A stretch of DNA of 38,890 bases from a virus (IMGVR_UViG_3300007643_000272:1-38890), one strand, 5' to 3'. Shown: positions 8,679-18,921, numbered from the stretch's first letter. Notes: generated by a model not told the origin, from the letters alone. A program made the numbers and translations.

Positions 8679-9925
8679 CGGACCAGTGCATCGAATTCTG
8701 TGGGCATCGCCAGCGGGTCGCTAACGCCGTTTCTAACAACGAGCTCAGTCGAGCGGCTCGGATCGGCATAGATTTGCCACGCCGCCAGCGCCGCCGGAAT
8801 TTCACGAGCGCGGGTGACCTTGATCGTGTCCGGAGCGTGCAAAGCTGTCTGATATAGATGGTCGGCGACGAGTCCATGCAGTACCGTGATGGCATCCGTG
8901 CTCGCCGCTGACTGAGCCTCGATTGCTGCCTGATACATGACGTCGTGAAGCACGGACAAAGCGGACTCCGCAAGCGTCACGGTGTCGTATTCTATCTCGA
9001 TCACGGCCTGCGCATACGCGAACGAAAGCTCGGCGAGCAGCATCTTGTTCAGCGCGGTTTCTAAAGTATGGATGCTGCGGTGCGACTCTGACTGGAACGT
9101 TGGCTCCTCTGTGATCTCGGCACGTACCTCTGCGATGGTATCCGCCATTGCAGAACTGGTCGTCCGCGAGCTTGGCGCGTCTGCCAGCATTGCGGTCATT
9201 AGGATATTGATCTCGCCGGGTAAGCGGGCCGTCAGATCAGAGCGCAGGCCGACGTATATATCCTCGGCAAAGCTATCAGCGATGCGATACGCTTCAGCCA
9301 GAGCGTCTGCTGTGTCCAGCACGTCAGACAGGTACCGCTCGGTCAGGCCGGACACTCCTGCCCGCACACGCGCGCGCAGCTTGATAAGCCGCTGCGTCTG
9401 TTCACGGATCTTGTCGGCCAGTGTTTCTTTGGCGATATCAGGAGCCTTGGCCGTCGAATACACGTCGGTGAAGTCCTGCGCAGATGCCAGATGAGCCGCC
9501 CTGGCAGCATCCGTGATACGACGCTCGCCAAGCCCCTCCACCCAGATACCGAGCGGCTTGTCGTCGAGCAGACGAAACCGCATGCGGACGTTGAAGCGGC
9601 CCAGCGTATCCGCGCGGTACGACCGCGTGACCTCGATGCAGATGGCCTGACGTTGATCACGGAACGGTAATACCAGTTCACCTGCGCCGCTCTCGCTGCA
9701 ACGCTGAAACAGCGCCTCGGCATTTCCGTCAGCGCCGTCGCCGACCAGATATCCCTGCACGGAAAGTTCGGGAGCCTTCCGGCCTAGATCCTCGTGATCG
9801 GCAGCATCGGTACCGACGTATTCGTTCGTCTGCACACGACGGCCTGACGTGATGGATTCCCCATCAAGAGCAAATGGGATGCCGTCAAAACTGGCCTGCT
9901 CCTTATCACCAATCCAGTCGCGCAT
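8675..9925 (-). CDS. Mu gpN-like DNA circularization/tail protein
   Basis: N-terminal ASFDGIPF...GRRVQTNEY...EDLGR; C-terminal PAALAAWQIYADPSRSTELVVRN. Confidence 0.9.
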   Translation of the reverse strand: MRDWIGDKEQASFDGIPFALDGESITSGRRVQTNEYVGTDAADHEDLGRKAPELSVQGYLVGDGADGNAEALFQRCSESGAGELVLPFRDQRQAICIEVTRSYRADTLGRFNVRMRFRLLDDKPLGIWVEGLGERRITDAARAAHLASAQDFTDVYSTAKAPDIAKETLADKIREQTQRLIKLRARVRAGVSGLTERYLSDVLDTADALAEAYRIADSFAEDIYVGLRSDLTARLPGEINILMTAMLADAPSSRTTSSAMADTIAEVRAEITEEPTFQSESHRSIHTLETALNKMLLAELSFAYAQAVIEIEYDTVTLAESALSVLHDVMYQAAIEAQSAASTDAITVLHGLVADHLYQTALHAPDTIKVTRAREIPAALAAWQIYADPSRSTELVVRNGVSDPLAMPTEFDALVR

Positions 9926-9930
9926 GATCG

Positions 9931-12042
9931 TTACTCCGTGCCGGTCTTATCGACACCCAGATTTAAGTTACGCGGCACGTCTCCGCTCGTGCGGATGCCA
10001 TCGACGGTAGCGCCTGCAGCTGGCTTGACGACCACCTCGAGACGTCCCTGCTGACCTGCGGTTGCTTGAGACGCAAGGATATCAAGCAGCTGCTGGTGGC
10101 TGGCTTCTGTCAGCACGCCGCTGCCTTTGCCCTCGAGACCGGCCAGCGTCTGCTGAGCCATCACGGCTTTGACCTGCGCGTTGTTTTGAACGACGCGGGT
10201 GATGCCACCGTTGCCCACGATGCCTTTGATCAGACCGAGGTCTTTCAGCAACCCACCAGCCCACTTTGTGATGGGGCTGAGAAAGTCGCCGACCTTGGAT
10301 GCAAACGAGCCAAAGCCATTTGCAATTGATCCAAGCACATTGCGGACCTTTTCCTCCATCCCGTCGGGCAGCCATGACAACATGACGTCGCCGAGTTGAA
10401 GCATGCCCCGCCAGATGCCCTGAACAGCTCCGGCGACGATCGTCTTGATCGCGCCCCACACGTTTGCGACTAGCTTTTTGAGGTGCATCCATGCGCCCGC
10501 AAAATCGCCTGACAAGAGGTCGCCGATTAAGCCGAACGCAGAGAAGAATACTTTTGCGATCGCACCGACTGAGCGGATCAGCCAGCCCGTAATTTCCTGC
10601 CAGTTGTTTGCCAAAAGATATCCCGCCGCACCGAGCAGCGCGACGGCGGCGACGGCCACCGCAGCAACGGCCAGAAACGGCATCCATCCGGTACTGGCCA
10701 AAGCGCCTGCAAGCCCCATGACGCGGCCTAGCAAAGCCATTCCCGCCGCGATCTTTCCGATCGCAAAGACGACCACCGGTGCCAGAACAGCAAACTGACT
10801 AATTGACCAGATCAGGAAGCCAAGCGTGATGATCACCGGAGAAAGAACTGCCGTGATTACCAGCATCTTGACAATGAAGCGAAGAGTCGATGCGTCGCCC
10901 GCCGCCAAAGCGTTGGAAAGTTTGATGACGCTATCAGCCCAATTGCTGAAACTCTCTGCCACGCCGCCCTTGTCTGCGATTGCGATCATCAGGCCTTCGA
11001 TTGCAGACCACAGCTTTTTGACTGTCCCCGGCAAACCTTCCATCTGAACGTCTTGCAGACGTTGACCGATGCCATCTGCGGACTGCAAGATCTTCACCTG
11101 CTCACGCAGTTGGTGGCCTTTGCCGTAGAGCAGCTGAATGATGTTCGCAGCGCGGTTGCCGAAGTCTTTACCGGCCCGCATTGGGTCGTAGCCCTTTTCC
11201 TCCATCTCGATCAGGAGGTCGGCCAGCGGTCGCAGCTTGCCGTCTGACTTCTTAATTTCGATGCCAAGACGTTTGAATTCTTTACGCAGGTGTGTCGTAG
11301 GATTGGCAAACTTATTGTTAACCATCCGAAGACCAGTACCGCCGATATCGGCAGCGCCGGCATCACCGACAAGACCGAGAGCAGCAACCGCCTCAGTCAG
11401 GTCTTGGCCCATCGCTTTCGCGTTACCGCCAAGGTGTTTCATCTGCTCGCCGATGGAACGCATGTCGATGTTCGTGGACGTGAAGCCTTTGGTCAGTACG
11501 TCGACAACGCCGTCGACCTCTTCAATTTCGAGACCCATGCCTTTCATGACATTGGTGACGTAGTTTGCAGCTTCGCCAAGATCCATCTGGGCGGCCGCAG
11601 CAAGCCGGAGCGTCGCTGGCGTTGTGCCCAGAATGCGCTCAGCATCATTGCCGGACATGGCGAGAAACTTTTGCGCCTCAGCTACCTGGCGCGCCGTGAA
11701 CATGGTCGTTCGACCAAGCACTAGAGATTGCTCGCGCAAGGCCTCAAGCTGGTCAGCCGTCGCGCCAGCCTCACGGGCCATGCCTTTTACGAAATTGGCA
11801 GCGCGTTCGTAACCCTCTGTAATGAACAAAGATCCGCCAAGCACGCCCGCCGCTGGAAGGCTGATGGCCGTGCGCATGCGCGCGCCGTCTTCCATCATTC
11901 GGCTGCCAGCCACGCGCATGCGTCCACGAACGCGGTTCATGCGTTGGGCCATGCCCTCAGCCCGCATCGCCACTCGGTTGAAGGCGCCACGCGTCCGGTC
12001 GTCGACCGTTAGAACGGTTTTGGTTGAAAGCACAGTTGCCAC
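9931..12042 (-). CDS. tail tape measure protein (TP901-type core)
   Basis: LGRTTMFTARQVAEAQKFLAMSG and LRLAAA motifs, hydrophobic segments, position after the chaperone. Confidence 0.92.
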   Translation of the reverse strand: MATVLSTKTVLTVDDRTRGAFNRVAMRAEGMAQRMNRVRGRMRVAGSRMMEDGARMRTAISLPAAGVLGGSLFITEGYERAANFVKGMAREAGATADQLEALREQSLVLGRTTMFTARQVAEAQKFLAMSGNDAERILGTTPATLRLAAAAQMDLGEAANYVTNVMKGMGLEIEEVDGVVDVLTKGFTSTNIDMRSIGEQMKHLGGNAKAMGQDLTEAVAALGLVGDAGAADIGGTGLRMVNNKFANPTTHLRKEFKRLGIEIKKSDGKLRPLADLLIEMEEKGYDPMRAGKDFGNRAANIIQLLYGKGHQLREQVKILQSADGIGQRLQDVQMEGLPGTVKKLWSAIEGLMIAIADKGGVAESFSNWADSVIKLSNALAAGDASTLRFIVKMLVITAVLSPVIITLGFLIWSISQFAVLAPVVVFAIGKIAAGMALLGRVMGLAGALASTGWMPFLAVAAVAVAAVALLGAAGYLLANNWQEITGWLIRSVGAIAKVFFSAFGLIGDLLSGDFAGAWMHLKKLVANVWGAIKTIVAGAVQGIWRGMLQLGDVMLSWLPDGMEEKVRNVLGSIANGFGSFASKVGDFLSPITKWAGGLLKDLGLIKGIVGNGGITRVVQNNAQVKAVMAQQTLAGLEGKGSGVLTEASHQQLLDILASQATAGQQGRLEVVVKPAAGATVDGIRTSGDVPRNLNLGVDKTGTE

Positions 12043-12054
12043 GACACAAATCCT

Positions 12055-12230
12055 TTAGCGCTTTTTAATGTGCGCCTCTTCTGCGCGGCGTTTGGCCTCT
12101 GACCAGTTCACAAACCGATCGTGCATGTCTTTGATCTGATGACCGGTCAGCGAGTTGATATCGGCGAGAGATAGGCGCGCGCCAAAAACTAGGTCGTCAA
12201 CCAGTCGCTCTAATCTTTGGCGCCCATGAA
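12055..12230 (-). CDS. probable frameshift extension of tail assembly chaperone (gpGT/gpE'-like)
   Basis: The -1 frame reads LERLVDDLVFGARLSLADINSLTGHQIKDMHDRFVNWSEAKRRAEEAHIKKR* and fills the gap before the tape measure gene. Confidence 0.6.
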
Positions 12231-12623
12231 AAGCGTCAGTGCCATTTCCTGATAGATCGGCTGCAGGATGCGCGCCGGCATCTTCTCAAAGTCGCCGAGC
12301 GTAAGGTCAGACAGATGCGACGCATATCGCTTCATCTTCTTGTTATCGATGCGAAGCTCCATTACCTGGTCGCCACCCTCACCCGCGCCCATGAAGAGCT
12401 GCCGGTAAGGCGTGCCAAACTTATCGAGTGTGCTTCCTGTTGGCTCCTTGATCACAAATTCAGTGATCGGGTCGCCATGGTCGGGCTGGAACGGCTTCTT
12501 GAAACGGCACGTCAGAGTACCGTCGTCGTTCAGCGTGAACGCCTCAAACTCCTCGTCGGTTGCCTTCGTCTCAGTCACCGATTTTTTCAGCTCATCGCCA
12601 TCAAGGTTTAGTTCATCTGACAT
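12210..12623 (-). CDS. tail assembly chaperone
   Basis: Between tube and tape measure genes; IKEPTG motif as in Mu gp41-like chaperones. Confidence 0.8.
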   Translation of the reverse strand: MSDELNLDGDELKKSVTETKATDEEFEAFTLNDDGTLTCRFKKPFQPDHGDPITEFVIKEPTGSTLDKFGTPYRQLFMGAGEGGDQVMELRIDNKKMKRYASHLSDLTLGDFEKMPARILQPIYQEMALTLFMGAKD

Positions 12624-13006
12624 TATCGATCTTCCCGACGATATGATCCAGCGCCGCCGGATATTTCGAAGCCGTCGATCTCGCCGGACTTCAGGTTTTT
12701 GGTCAGGTTGCCGGTCAGCATCCCGCCAGTCAAAAGATGATAGATTTCCACATCATCTTCCTTCACCGTCACGTTCAGAGAGTCGGCATTCCAAAGTTCT
12801 TCAAGACTAGACCCCTTACGATCGATGATCCCGATCTTGAAGACGGTCGGCGCAGCCTCGATGGTCACTGCAAGGTTGCCGGAATCCGTCGCCTTAGCTT
12901 CGCGCGTCGAGCCGTATGGGTTCTCGATCGAGACGTCGCCCATGACTTCGATATCGACGCCATTTGCTTTCACGGTGACGCGGCCACCGATAATTGTGTC
13001 AGCCAT
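12623..13006 (-). CDS. tail tube protein (Mu gpM-like)
   Basis: 127 aa directly after the sheath, GGAGG RBS, beta-rich. Confidence 0.8.
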   Translation of the reverse strand: MADTIIGGRVTVKANGVDIEVMGDVSIENPYGSTREAKATDSGNLAVTIEAAPTVFKIGIIDRKGSSLEELWNADSLNVTVKEDDVEIYHLLTGGMLTGNLTKNLKSGEIDGFEISGGAGSYRREDR

Positions 13007-13017
13007 GGTATGGCCTC

Positions 13018-14493
13018 CTATAGTTGCTGATTAGACTCATAGGCCAGCGCGAGGATACGCAGCTGTCCGGTGTGGTCGGCCTTGAGATAAACATCGACAC
13101 GGTACTTATCGGTCGGGTTGATCTCAACCACCAGCGCTTCAGAGAACGCTGACAAGTTTTCCACGACGCCAACGTTTTCAAGGGTGGCATACTCATGAAG
13201 AAGCGTGTTGCGAATGTCGTCAGGCGTCGCAACGCTGGAAGCGCTGGAAACATTTGATTGAGCCAACGCCTTGCGACCGTGCTCTGCTTCAATTGCAGCG
13301 CGTAGCCGGCGGATGGCGTAGACCTGCTGGGCAAGCACCTGAATGTCCAGCTGGCCTGCATCGTCGGTACCGAACGCATTACGCTGGTACGTCGTGATCG
13401 TCCGCTGTATGCGAACATTGCCAGATGCATCGACATAGAAAGTCGAGATGCCATCGCGGAGCAGCGCCTCGCTCTCGCTGAACTCCCAACGATCGCCAAT
13501 CTGCTTAGGTCCACGGACACCCGGAATTTGCAAGGTCTGCAGGGGACGGTTTAGCTCAGGAGCGTTTGCCAAATGCTTAGCAATGATCGCACCGAATGAC
13601 GCCACCCATGTAGCAGGATCAGTCGGAGAGTTTGACGTTCCCATAATCGTCACGTGCGGGTCATTCCGCGCATTGCCGTAAGCAGAGATCACACCGAACG
13701 CACCCGGACGCGCGGTGATGTAGTGACCATACAGTTGGCGTGTTGGAGACCAGCGACCGGTCTGACCATTCAGCGCGGTTTCCACTTCATCAAGCGTATC
13801 AGTCTCGGAGAATGGCGCAGCGATGTAGTCAAAGGTCTCGGAGCCCATGTTTGCAAACGCGGTCGTCAGGGCTGGCGTTCCTGCACCGCCTGACATAGCC
13901 GTGAAGGTGAGCAGCGAGTCTGCCAGCGAACCGTCAGAGGACTCAAGGCCGGTTACGAAAAAGATGTCATTCCCGATCGCGCCCTGATGCAGAGCGGTCA
14001 GATCCACTTCATTTGTGGCAGCACCGACGACGGCCGTCACCTGAATACCAGGCGTCGAAGCAATGGCAGCCTGTAGCTTGGTGGCCACATCATCTGCAGA
14101 ATCGGTTCCTGCGATCGCAACGCGAACACGGACGCCGCCGATGTAAACAGTTACGAGACCAGATGATGACGGCGCGGTCGAGACCGCAATCTTACCTGTG
14201 GCAGCAACGCCGGCACCCGGCTCAGCGACAGGCACCGCCCAGATGTCGATCACCGAACTTGCAGCACGGGCAGTCGCGACCATTTGGGCAAGCTGAGAGC
14301 CCGCGCCGAAGAGAGCAATCTCTGATCCGCCGACGCGGATCGGTTGGTCGTCCGTGGCAGTACCAGCCGGCAGCTTGTGGCCCATCAAAAGCAAACGGCC
14401 TTGGCCCTCGGTGATAACCGAAGCTGCGCTAAGTTCGGCATAGAAAAATGGCGTGCGAATGCCAGACGGAATCTCGTTAAATTGTACAGCCAT
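13018..14493 (-). CDS. contractile tail sheath protein (Mu gpL-like)
   Basis: FNEIPSGIRTPFFYAE, LFGAGSQLAQM, RPLQTL and IQRTITTYQRNAFG motifs. Confidence 0.95.
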   Translation of the reverse strand: MAVQFNEIPSGIRTPFFYAELSAASVITEGQGRLLLMGHKLPAGTATDDQPIRVGGSEIALFGAGSQLAQMVATARAASSVIDIWAVPVAEPGAGVAATGKIAVSTAPSSSGLVTVYIGGVRVRVAIAGTDSADDVATKLQAAIASTPGIQVTAVVGAATNEVDLTALHQGAIGNDIFFVTGLESSDGSLADSLLTFTAMSGGAGTPALTTAFANMGSETFDYIAAPFSETDTLDEVETALNGQTGRWSPTRQLYGHYITARPGAFGVISAYGNARNDPHVTIMGTSNSPTDPATWVASFGAIIAKHLANAPELNRPLQTLQIPGVRGPKQIGDRWEFSESEALLRDGISTFYVDASGNVRIQRTITTYQRNAFGTDDAGQLDIQVLAQQVYAIRRLRAAIEAEHGRKALAQSNVSSASSVATPDDIRNTLLHEYATLENVGVVENLSAFSEALVVEINPTDKYRVDVYLKADHTGQLRILALAYESNQQL

Positions 14494-14496
14494 GGA

Positions 14497-14721
14497 TTAG
14501 CCCTCTTTGTCCGGTTCTTGTTTGGTGGTGGTTTTTGGCGGCTCTGCCTGCTTACGAACAGGAGGCTTCGTAGCCTCGACCAGATCACCGGCCTCTAGCC
14601 GCCGAGCGATATATGGATCAGACGGGTTTACCGTTTCAAAGTCATCGCCAAATGGCTCATAATTGCGTGCAGGATTACGCACGCGCCGACCGTCAGCCGG
14701 ACGCACTTTAATGGTTTTCAT
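14497..14721 (-). CDS. Mu gp38/DUF2635-like small tail protein
   Basis: MKTIKVRPADGRRVRNP...YIARRLEAGDL; AGGAG RBS; lies before the sheath. Confidence 0.85.
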   Translation of the reverse strand: MKTIKVRPADGRRVRNPARNYEPFGDDFETVNPSDPYIARRLEAGDLVEATKPPVRKQAEPPKTTTKQEPDKEG

Positions 14722-14731
14722 AAGTGAGCTC

Positions 14732-15511
14732 CTAAGTTTGTGGCGGCTCTGCCGTGGCCCTGTGGACCGATTGCGGACCTTCCGGCCCATCGTGAATTTG
14801 CGCTGTGATCAGCGGATTAAGTGAAGGGCGCTGCAGAACTGGCATCAAGGTCGTCCAGAGCGCCGTCAGCTGCTCGGCATGGGCCACGATATCGCTGCCT
14901 GTTTTACCTTCATCAATGATAGTTTGAAGTGTAGTTTTCAAAGGCTCTGGAAGTTCAATTGTGCGATCTTCGCCAGTGAACGCATTCGCCCAGACCTCGC
15001 CTGTGCATGTCTCTTTCACCCGGCAGGTCAATGTTAGGATGCGCGCTGCAACTCTGCCGGCCGCCTCCTCGTTATAATAGCGCTCAGACTTCTCTGCATC
15101 AACGCGCTGGCAAATGGTGACGAACCGCTCAGCCCACAGGTCAGGAGCCATTTTCATCAGCGCATGCCGCACCTGTGCTTCAAAAATATCAAGCGCAAGT
15201 TCTAGCGTGCCGTCGGTTTCAGCAAAGACCATTTCGCCTTGGATGGTGCCGGCGAACCATAGCTCTATAATCAGATCGCAATAGTGCTCGCTCGGACCTT
15301 CGGTGCCGCGGCGCTCATCGCCAGGGTCGACCGTCGTGTCATCGGTATAGACCAGAATTAAAGGCTTTGGGTCCGGGTCGTCGGTAAGCTTCTGCACCGC
15401 GTCCTGCTGGCTGTCATAGACATACTGACCGGCCATCGTCCGGTCTTCATGTCCGCCAGCGGTAAGTGCTCCCATGGCAGAAAGACGAAGCGCTGCGCGA
15501 GCGAGTGACAT
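14732..15511 (-). CDS. putative tail completion/terminator protein
   Basis: Position between head closure and sheath genes; VYDS and PLILVYTDD motifs. Confidence 0.6.
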   Translation of the reverse strand: MSLARAALRLSAMGALTAGGHEDRTMAGQYVYDSQQDAVQKLTDDPDPKPLILVYTDDTTVDPGDERRGTEGPSEHYCDLIIELWFAGTIQGEMVFAETDGTLELALDIFEAQVRHALMKMAPDLWAERFVTICQRVDAEKSERYYNEEAAGRVAARILTLTCRVKETCTGEVWANAFTGEDRTIELPEPLKTTLQTIIDEGKTGSDIVAHAEQLTALWTTLMPVLQRPSLNPLITAQIHDGPEGPQSVHRATAEPPQT

Positions 15512-15882
15512 TAGCTGACCTCATGAACCATGTAGCGAGTGCGGTTGCGGTTATGGTGAGGATCGATGTCGAACACCTCATATTTTCGGCCGTCATGCAG
15601 ACGGGTAAACTGGTCGCCGAGCTTCACGTCGGCGGGCCGCTGGTTATACGCGATCGAGAGCCAGGCTTTTGTGTGCCGGGCTTCGCCGCGAGATGGGCCA
15701 GAAGATCTAGTTCCAGTGTCCTGAAAATAGGCCACCAGAGAAGCAATCGCAGCCCGAGAGGTATCGGGCTGCGATCTGACATTCACGCCCTTGAGGCGTG
15801 GCTCATAGCTGAACGTCTCGCCATGCATATTATCGATGATGGCGTCAGCCTGTCGAAGTAATGCATCGAAACGTGTAGGCAT
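15511..15882 (-). CDS. putative head-tail joining (head closure) protein
   Basis: Follows the capsid gene; 123 aa beta-rich with GDQFTRL..YEV pattern. Confidence 0.6.
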   Translation of the reverse strand: MPTRFDALLRQADAIIDNMHGETFSYEPRLKGVNVRSQPDTSRAAIASLVAYFQDTGTRSSGPSRGEARHTKAWLSIAYNQRPADVKLGDQFTRLHDGRKYEVFDIDPHHNRNRTRYMVHEVS

Positions 15883-15886
15883 AGAA

Positions 15887-16930
15887 CTAAGCGGTTACCG
15901 GGATCAGCAGGTCTGGACGCGTGCAGAGGTTGATGACGTTCGTCTGAACCTCCATGTCGCGGCCCTTGCCGTTCGGCTTCGGCCACTGCTTAGCGTAGCG
16001 AGGGCGACCAACTGTGTTGACCGTCTCCTCGTAGTCAGCAGGTGCGAAGCGGGTCAGCCACATGTTGCGGACGCCCTTTACGATGACTTGACCACCGGCT
16101 TTGGGTATCCATGGGTCACCCTTAGCGCCGCCATCAGAGCTAACCGAGCCCTTGGCAGCGTCATGGGCAGCAGACACCTGATGACGCTCGAACGTGATAC
16201 CGGCATAGGTGAAAATATCGTCTTCCATATCGCCGCGAAGCTCTGCAGCCGATTGCCAGTTAAGATACGACTCGCGCACGTTGTCGTGATCGATCAACGC
16301 GTCCCAGAAGTCGTCGCCGACCATCACGTGGATGCTGCTGAAGCTTTGTCCGCGCAGATTGTTCTGCACCTGACGTTTGAGATTTGCACACTTCGTGCGG
16401 ATCTTTGTCGTCGCTGTGCCTAGGCCAAAATTGTAAGCCGCTGGCTGAGCGAAGCCGAAGGACGTGAATAGATCCTCCATCACGTTGCCATCGCGGTCCA
16501 GCACCTTGCCTTTGAGGCAGCCCAAACGCTGATGCTCAATCGTTGCATCGAGGTCTTCTGTGTGCTGGCGCATCCGGTCACGGACCAAGCCGCGAACCGT
16601 CTCGACAGAGCTTTCGCTGCCAAACGCGCGAACATTCTGCACCTCGTCGGCGTTGACGGAATCGTCACGCTGGAAGTGCGGAATTACGAATGCACGCAGG
16701 TTGCGTGTATCGCGATCGCGTGTCTCACCGGGTCCGCCACGAGGGGTCGGATTGATCAGACGCAAAGTTCGGTCACGACGCTCGATAGAGATCGTGGTTG
16801 TCGGCACACCGCGCGCTTGGAAAATACCAAGGCGACCGATCTGGCCAGGTACGAACGGCATGTCGTTAACGTCTGCCGTCAGAGACTGCATGCTGAATGC
16901 ATCGTCTTCAAAGATATTCATGTGAGCCAT
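15887..16930 (-). CDS. major capsid protein (lambda gpE family)
   Basis: TPRGGPG, IPHFQRDDSVNADEVQNVRAFG, FAPADYEETVNTVG and CTRP motifs. Confidence 0.95.
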   Translation of the reverse strand: MAHMNIFEDDAFSMQSLTADVNDMPFVPGQIGRLGIFQARGVPTTTISIERRDRTLRLINPTPRGGPGETRDRDTRNLRAFVIPHFQRDDSVNADEVQNVRAFGSESSVETVRGLVRDRMRQHTEDLDATIEHQRLGCLKGKVLDRDGNVMEDLFTSFGFAQPAAYNFGLGTATTKIRTKCANLKRQVQNNLRGQSFSSIHVMVGDDFWDALIDHDNVRESYLNWQSAAELRGDMEDDIFTYAGITFERHQVSAAHDAAKGSVSSDGGAKGDPWIPKAGGQVIVKGVRNMWLTRFAPADYEETVNTVGRPRYAKQWPKPNGKGRDMEVQTNVINLCTRPDLLIPVTA

Positions 16931-16942
16931 GTGTTAGGCCTC

Positions 16943-17323
16943 CTATGCGCTCGGACGCACTTTGATCCCGGCATCGCCGAGCTGTGCGTAAGCTGTTTGT
17001 TTTTGCGCGTCGGTGACACCCGTCGCCCATACGAGAAGGGCTTCGATGACCTCGGCATCCGTGTCGATGACGGCGACTTCGAGAGCCGCGCCGTCGGCGT
17101 GTGAAGCTTTCAGCAAAACTGCCTTGGCTACCTCGCTGCCATCACCGGCCGCGGGATCAAGGATCTTGAACTCGCTGGTGGTGGTGTCTTGTCCGAGGAC
17201 CGTGCCCGGCTGAAGGTTTTCACCATCAGCCAGCATCACGTTTGCCCGTGAGCGTGAGCGGTAGCCCTCGCTCAGAATAAACCCGTCATTGTACGGACCT
17301 TTGGTTTTTGGCGTGCCAAGCAT
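16943..17323 (-). CDS. head decoration protein (gpD family)
   Basis: FILSEG..SRSR, PGTVLG and DGSEVAKAVL motifs; between protease and capsid genes. Confidence 0.9.
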   Translation of the reverse strand: MLGTPKTKGPYNDGFILSEGYRSRSRANVMLADGENLQPGTVLGQDTTTSEFKILDPAAGDGSEVAKAVLLKASHADGAALEVAVIDTDAEVIEALLVWATGVTDAQKQTAYAQLGDAGIKVRPSA

Positions 17324-17326
17324 GGC

Positions 17327-17776
17327 TTATGCCCCCTTCATCTGTTTGTTGTAGCTGTCGTAAATTTCAGCCGTGGATTTGCGAGCCTCCGAAGGCTTCT
17401 GCTTCGGAGCTGGTGCCTCGACCTGCATGCCAGCGTCATCGACACTAGCGGTCGGCAGAGACGGTGTCCCCGCTTCTGCGCCTGGCGTCGTTGGGGTCGG
17501 AGCAGATGGAGTGGCGGCAGCTGGTACCGCTTTCGGCGCAGCGGCCATGGCGGCGATCGCCTTCGCAGCATCGTCGTCAGTGTCGAAAGCATAGTGCTTG
17601 GCGAGGTCTTCGCGGCCTTGTGCTTCCTCACTGTTCAAGATGGCTGAGATGCGAGCCTTCTGGTCGATAGCCTGCGGCGCAGGTGTCGCCGCTGGCGTCG
17701 CGGGCGTGGTTGGTGTAGCGCCAGAAGGTTCTGGCAGTGCCGGATTAGCCCCCGGCGCAGGATTTGGATTTGACAT
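17327..17776 (-). CDS. nested in-frame scaffold protein (Nu3-like)
   Basis: Internal ATG (MSNPNP) preceded by GGAG; Pro/Ala-rich with RISAILNSEEAQGREDLA. Confidence 0.65.
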   Translation of the reverse strand: MSNPNPAPGANPALPEPSGATPTTPATPAATPAPQAIDQKARISAILNSEEAQGREDLAKHYAFDTDDDAAKAIAAMAAAPKAVPAAATPSAPTPTTPGAEAGTPSLPTASVDDAGMQVEAPAPKQKPSEARKSTAEIYDSYNKQMKGA

Positions 17777-18640
17777 TGTTGTCGCTCCGGTTGCACCCGA
17801 CGAGCCGGGCTGGTTACGTGGAACTTGCAACTCATCGAGAAGCGTCCCCACACGATCGGCAAGGCCGCGATTGACAGCGTCCTCCCCGGTGAACATGTCT
17901 CCACGAAACGCGTCGACTTGTTCGTTTGAAAGAGAGGGCCGACCAGAGCGAACGGTCGACTTAAAGTCGGCGTAATAACCCTGCAGGTCTGCCAGAATTC
18001 TTGCCCGCGCATCGGCGGTCAGGTTCTCAAATCTGTTACCCAGCGTCTTGAGATCGGACTCCACGTTGGTCAGAAGATTGACCTCGATGCCCGCCTCTTC
18101 GAGCGCTTTCTGCATGCTGATATGCATCTGCACGACACCGATAGAACCAACCTCGCCAGTCTGGTCGATGACTATTTCGGAGGCCTGTGACGCCAATCCA
18201 TACGCTGCTGAAGCAGCCCAGCCATATACGACGGCGGTAACCTGTTTTCGATCGTTGGCCTCGCTCACCACATCCGCGCAGGAAGACATGCCAGAGGCAA
18301 GACCGCCAGGGCTGTCTATGTCGAGAATGATGCGGCTGATTTGTGCGTCGTCGGCTGCAGCAGTCACCCGAGCCTCGATCATTTCATAGCTGTCGAGATA
18401 GTAGGACCGGCGTCTATTCAGTGGGCCCACGATCGGGATGATCGCCGTCGAACCATATTGGTAATAGAGACCTGTTTCGGAGACCTGACCAACATATCGA
18501 CGCGCATCAATCTCGCGGAACTTGCCCACGCTCTGATCGCGCGTCGCACACATCTGCAGAAACTCGTGCGCGGAATCGATGTGCATTCCAAGCGGCTCAT
18601 TAGCGACCGTCGTCAGCAATTCTTTGAAGTCAATGTTCAT
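17327..18640 (-). CDS. S49 capsid maturation protease fused to scaffold (lambda gpC-like)
   Basis: LDIDSPGG, AASAAY and VGSIGV motifs; ATG at 18640 overlaps the gpW-like stop. Confidence 0.92.
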   Translation of the reverse strand: MNIDFKELLTTVANEPLGMHIDSAHEFLQMCATRDQSVGKFREIDARRYVGQVSETGLYYQYGSTAIIPIVGPLNRRRSYYLDSYEMIEARVTAAADDAQISRIILDIDSPGGLASGMSSCADVVSEANDRKQVTAVVYGWAASAAYGLASQASEIVIDQTGEVGSIGVVQMHISMQKALEEAGIEVNLLTNVESDLKTLGNRFENLTADARARILADLQGYYADFKSTVRSGRPSLSNEQVDAFRGDMFTGEDAVNRGLADRVGTLLDELQVPRNQPGSSGATGATTMSNPNPAPGANPALPEPSGATPTTPATPAATPAPQAIDQKARISAILNSEEAQGREDLAKHYAFDTDDDAAKAIAAMAAAPKAVPAAATPSAPTPTTPGAEAGTPSLPTASVDDAGMQVEAPAPKQKPSEARKSTAEIYDSYNKQMKGA

Positions 18641-18921
18641 GCGTAGGAGTCTCCTGGTCCGATGAAGCCCGACCTGATCGATTTTCGATCTGAGGATTCG
18701 ATGACGTCGCCGCCAGCGGCTTTGCAAAGCGCTCGAAGCTCTTCCATCTTTGCGCTCAGATCTTTGAAGTTGCTTTGGTGGAACTCGACCACACGCCCTT
18801 CGATCTCGACACGCTTGGTGCCTCCGCCGCCGCCCTCGAGCAGCTGATAATAGGTTGGAGCCAGCGCTTCATAGATCGCGCACGGATCGTTGAAGTCGAT
18901 GTTCTGCCAGTCGATCGCCAT
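18637..18921 (-). CDS. head-tail adaptor, gpW-like
   Basis: GGGTKRVEIEGRVVEFHQSNFKDL hairpin-helix pattern; here placed downstream of the portal gene. Confidence 0.7.
   Translation of the reverse strand: MAIDWQNIDFNDPCAIYEALAPTYYQLLEGGGGGTKRVEIEGRVVEFHQSNFKDLSAKMEELRALCKAAGGDVIESSDRKSIRSGFIGPGDSYA

Noticed and set aside
4838-14493. Transposable Mu-like phage, or tailocin/GTA
   Set aside because: The tail is Mu-like, but the head, terminase and cos are lambda-like and complete, and no transposase is seen. This mosaic is common in proteobacterial temperate phages.
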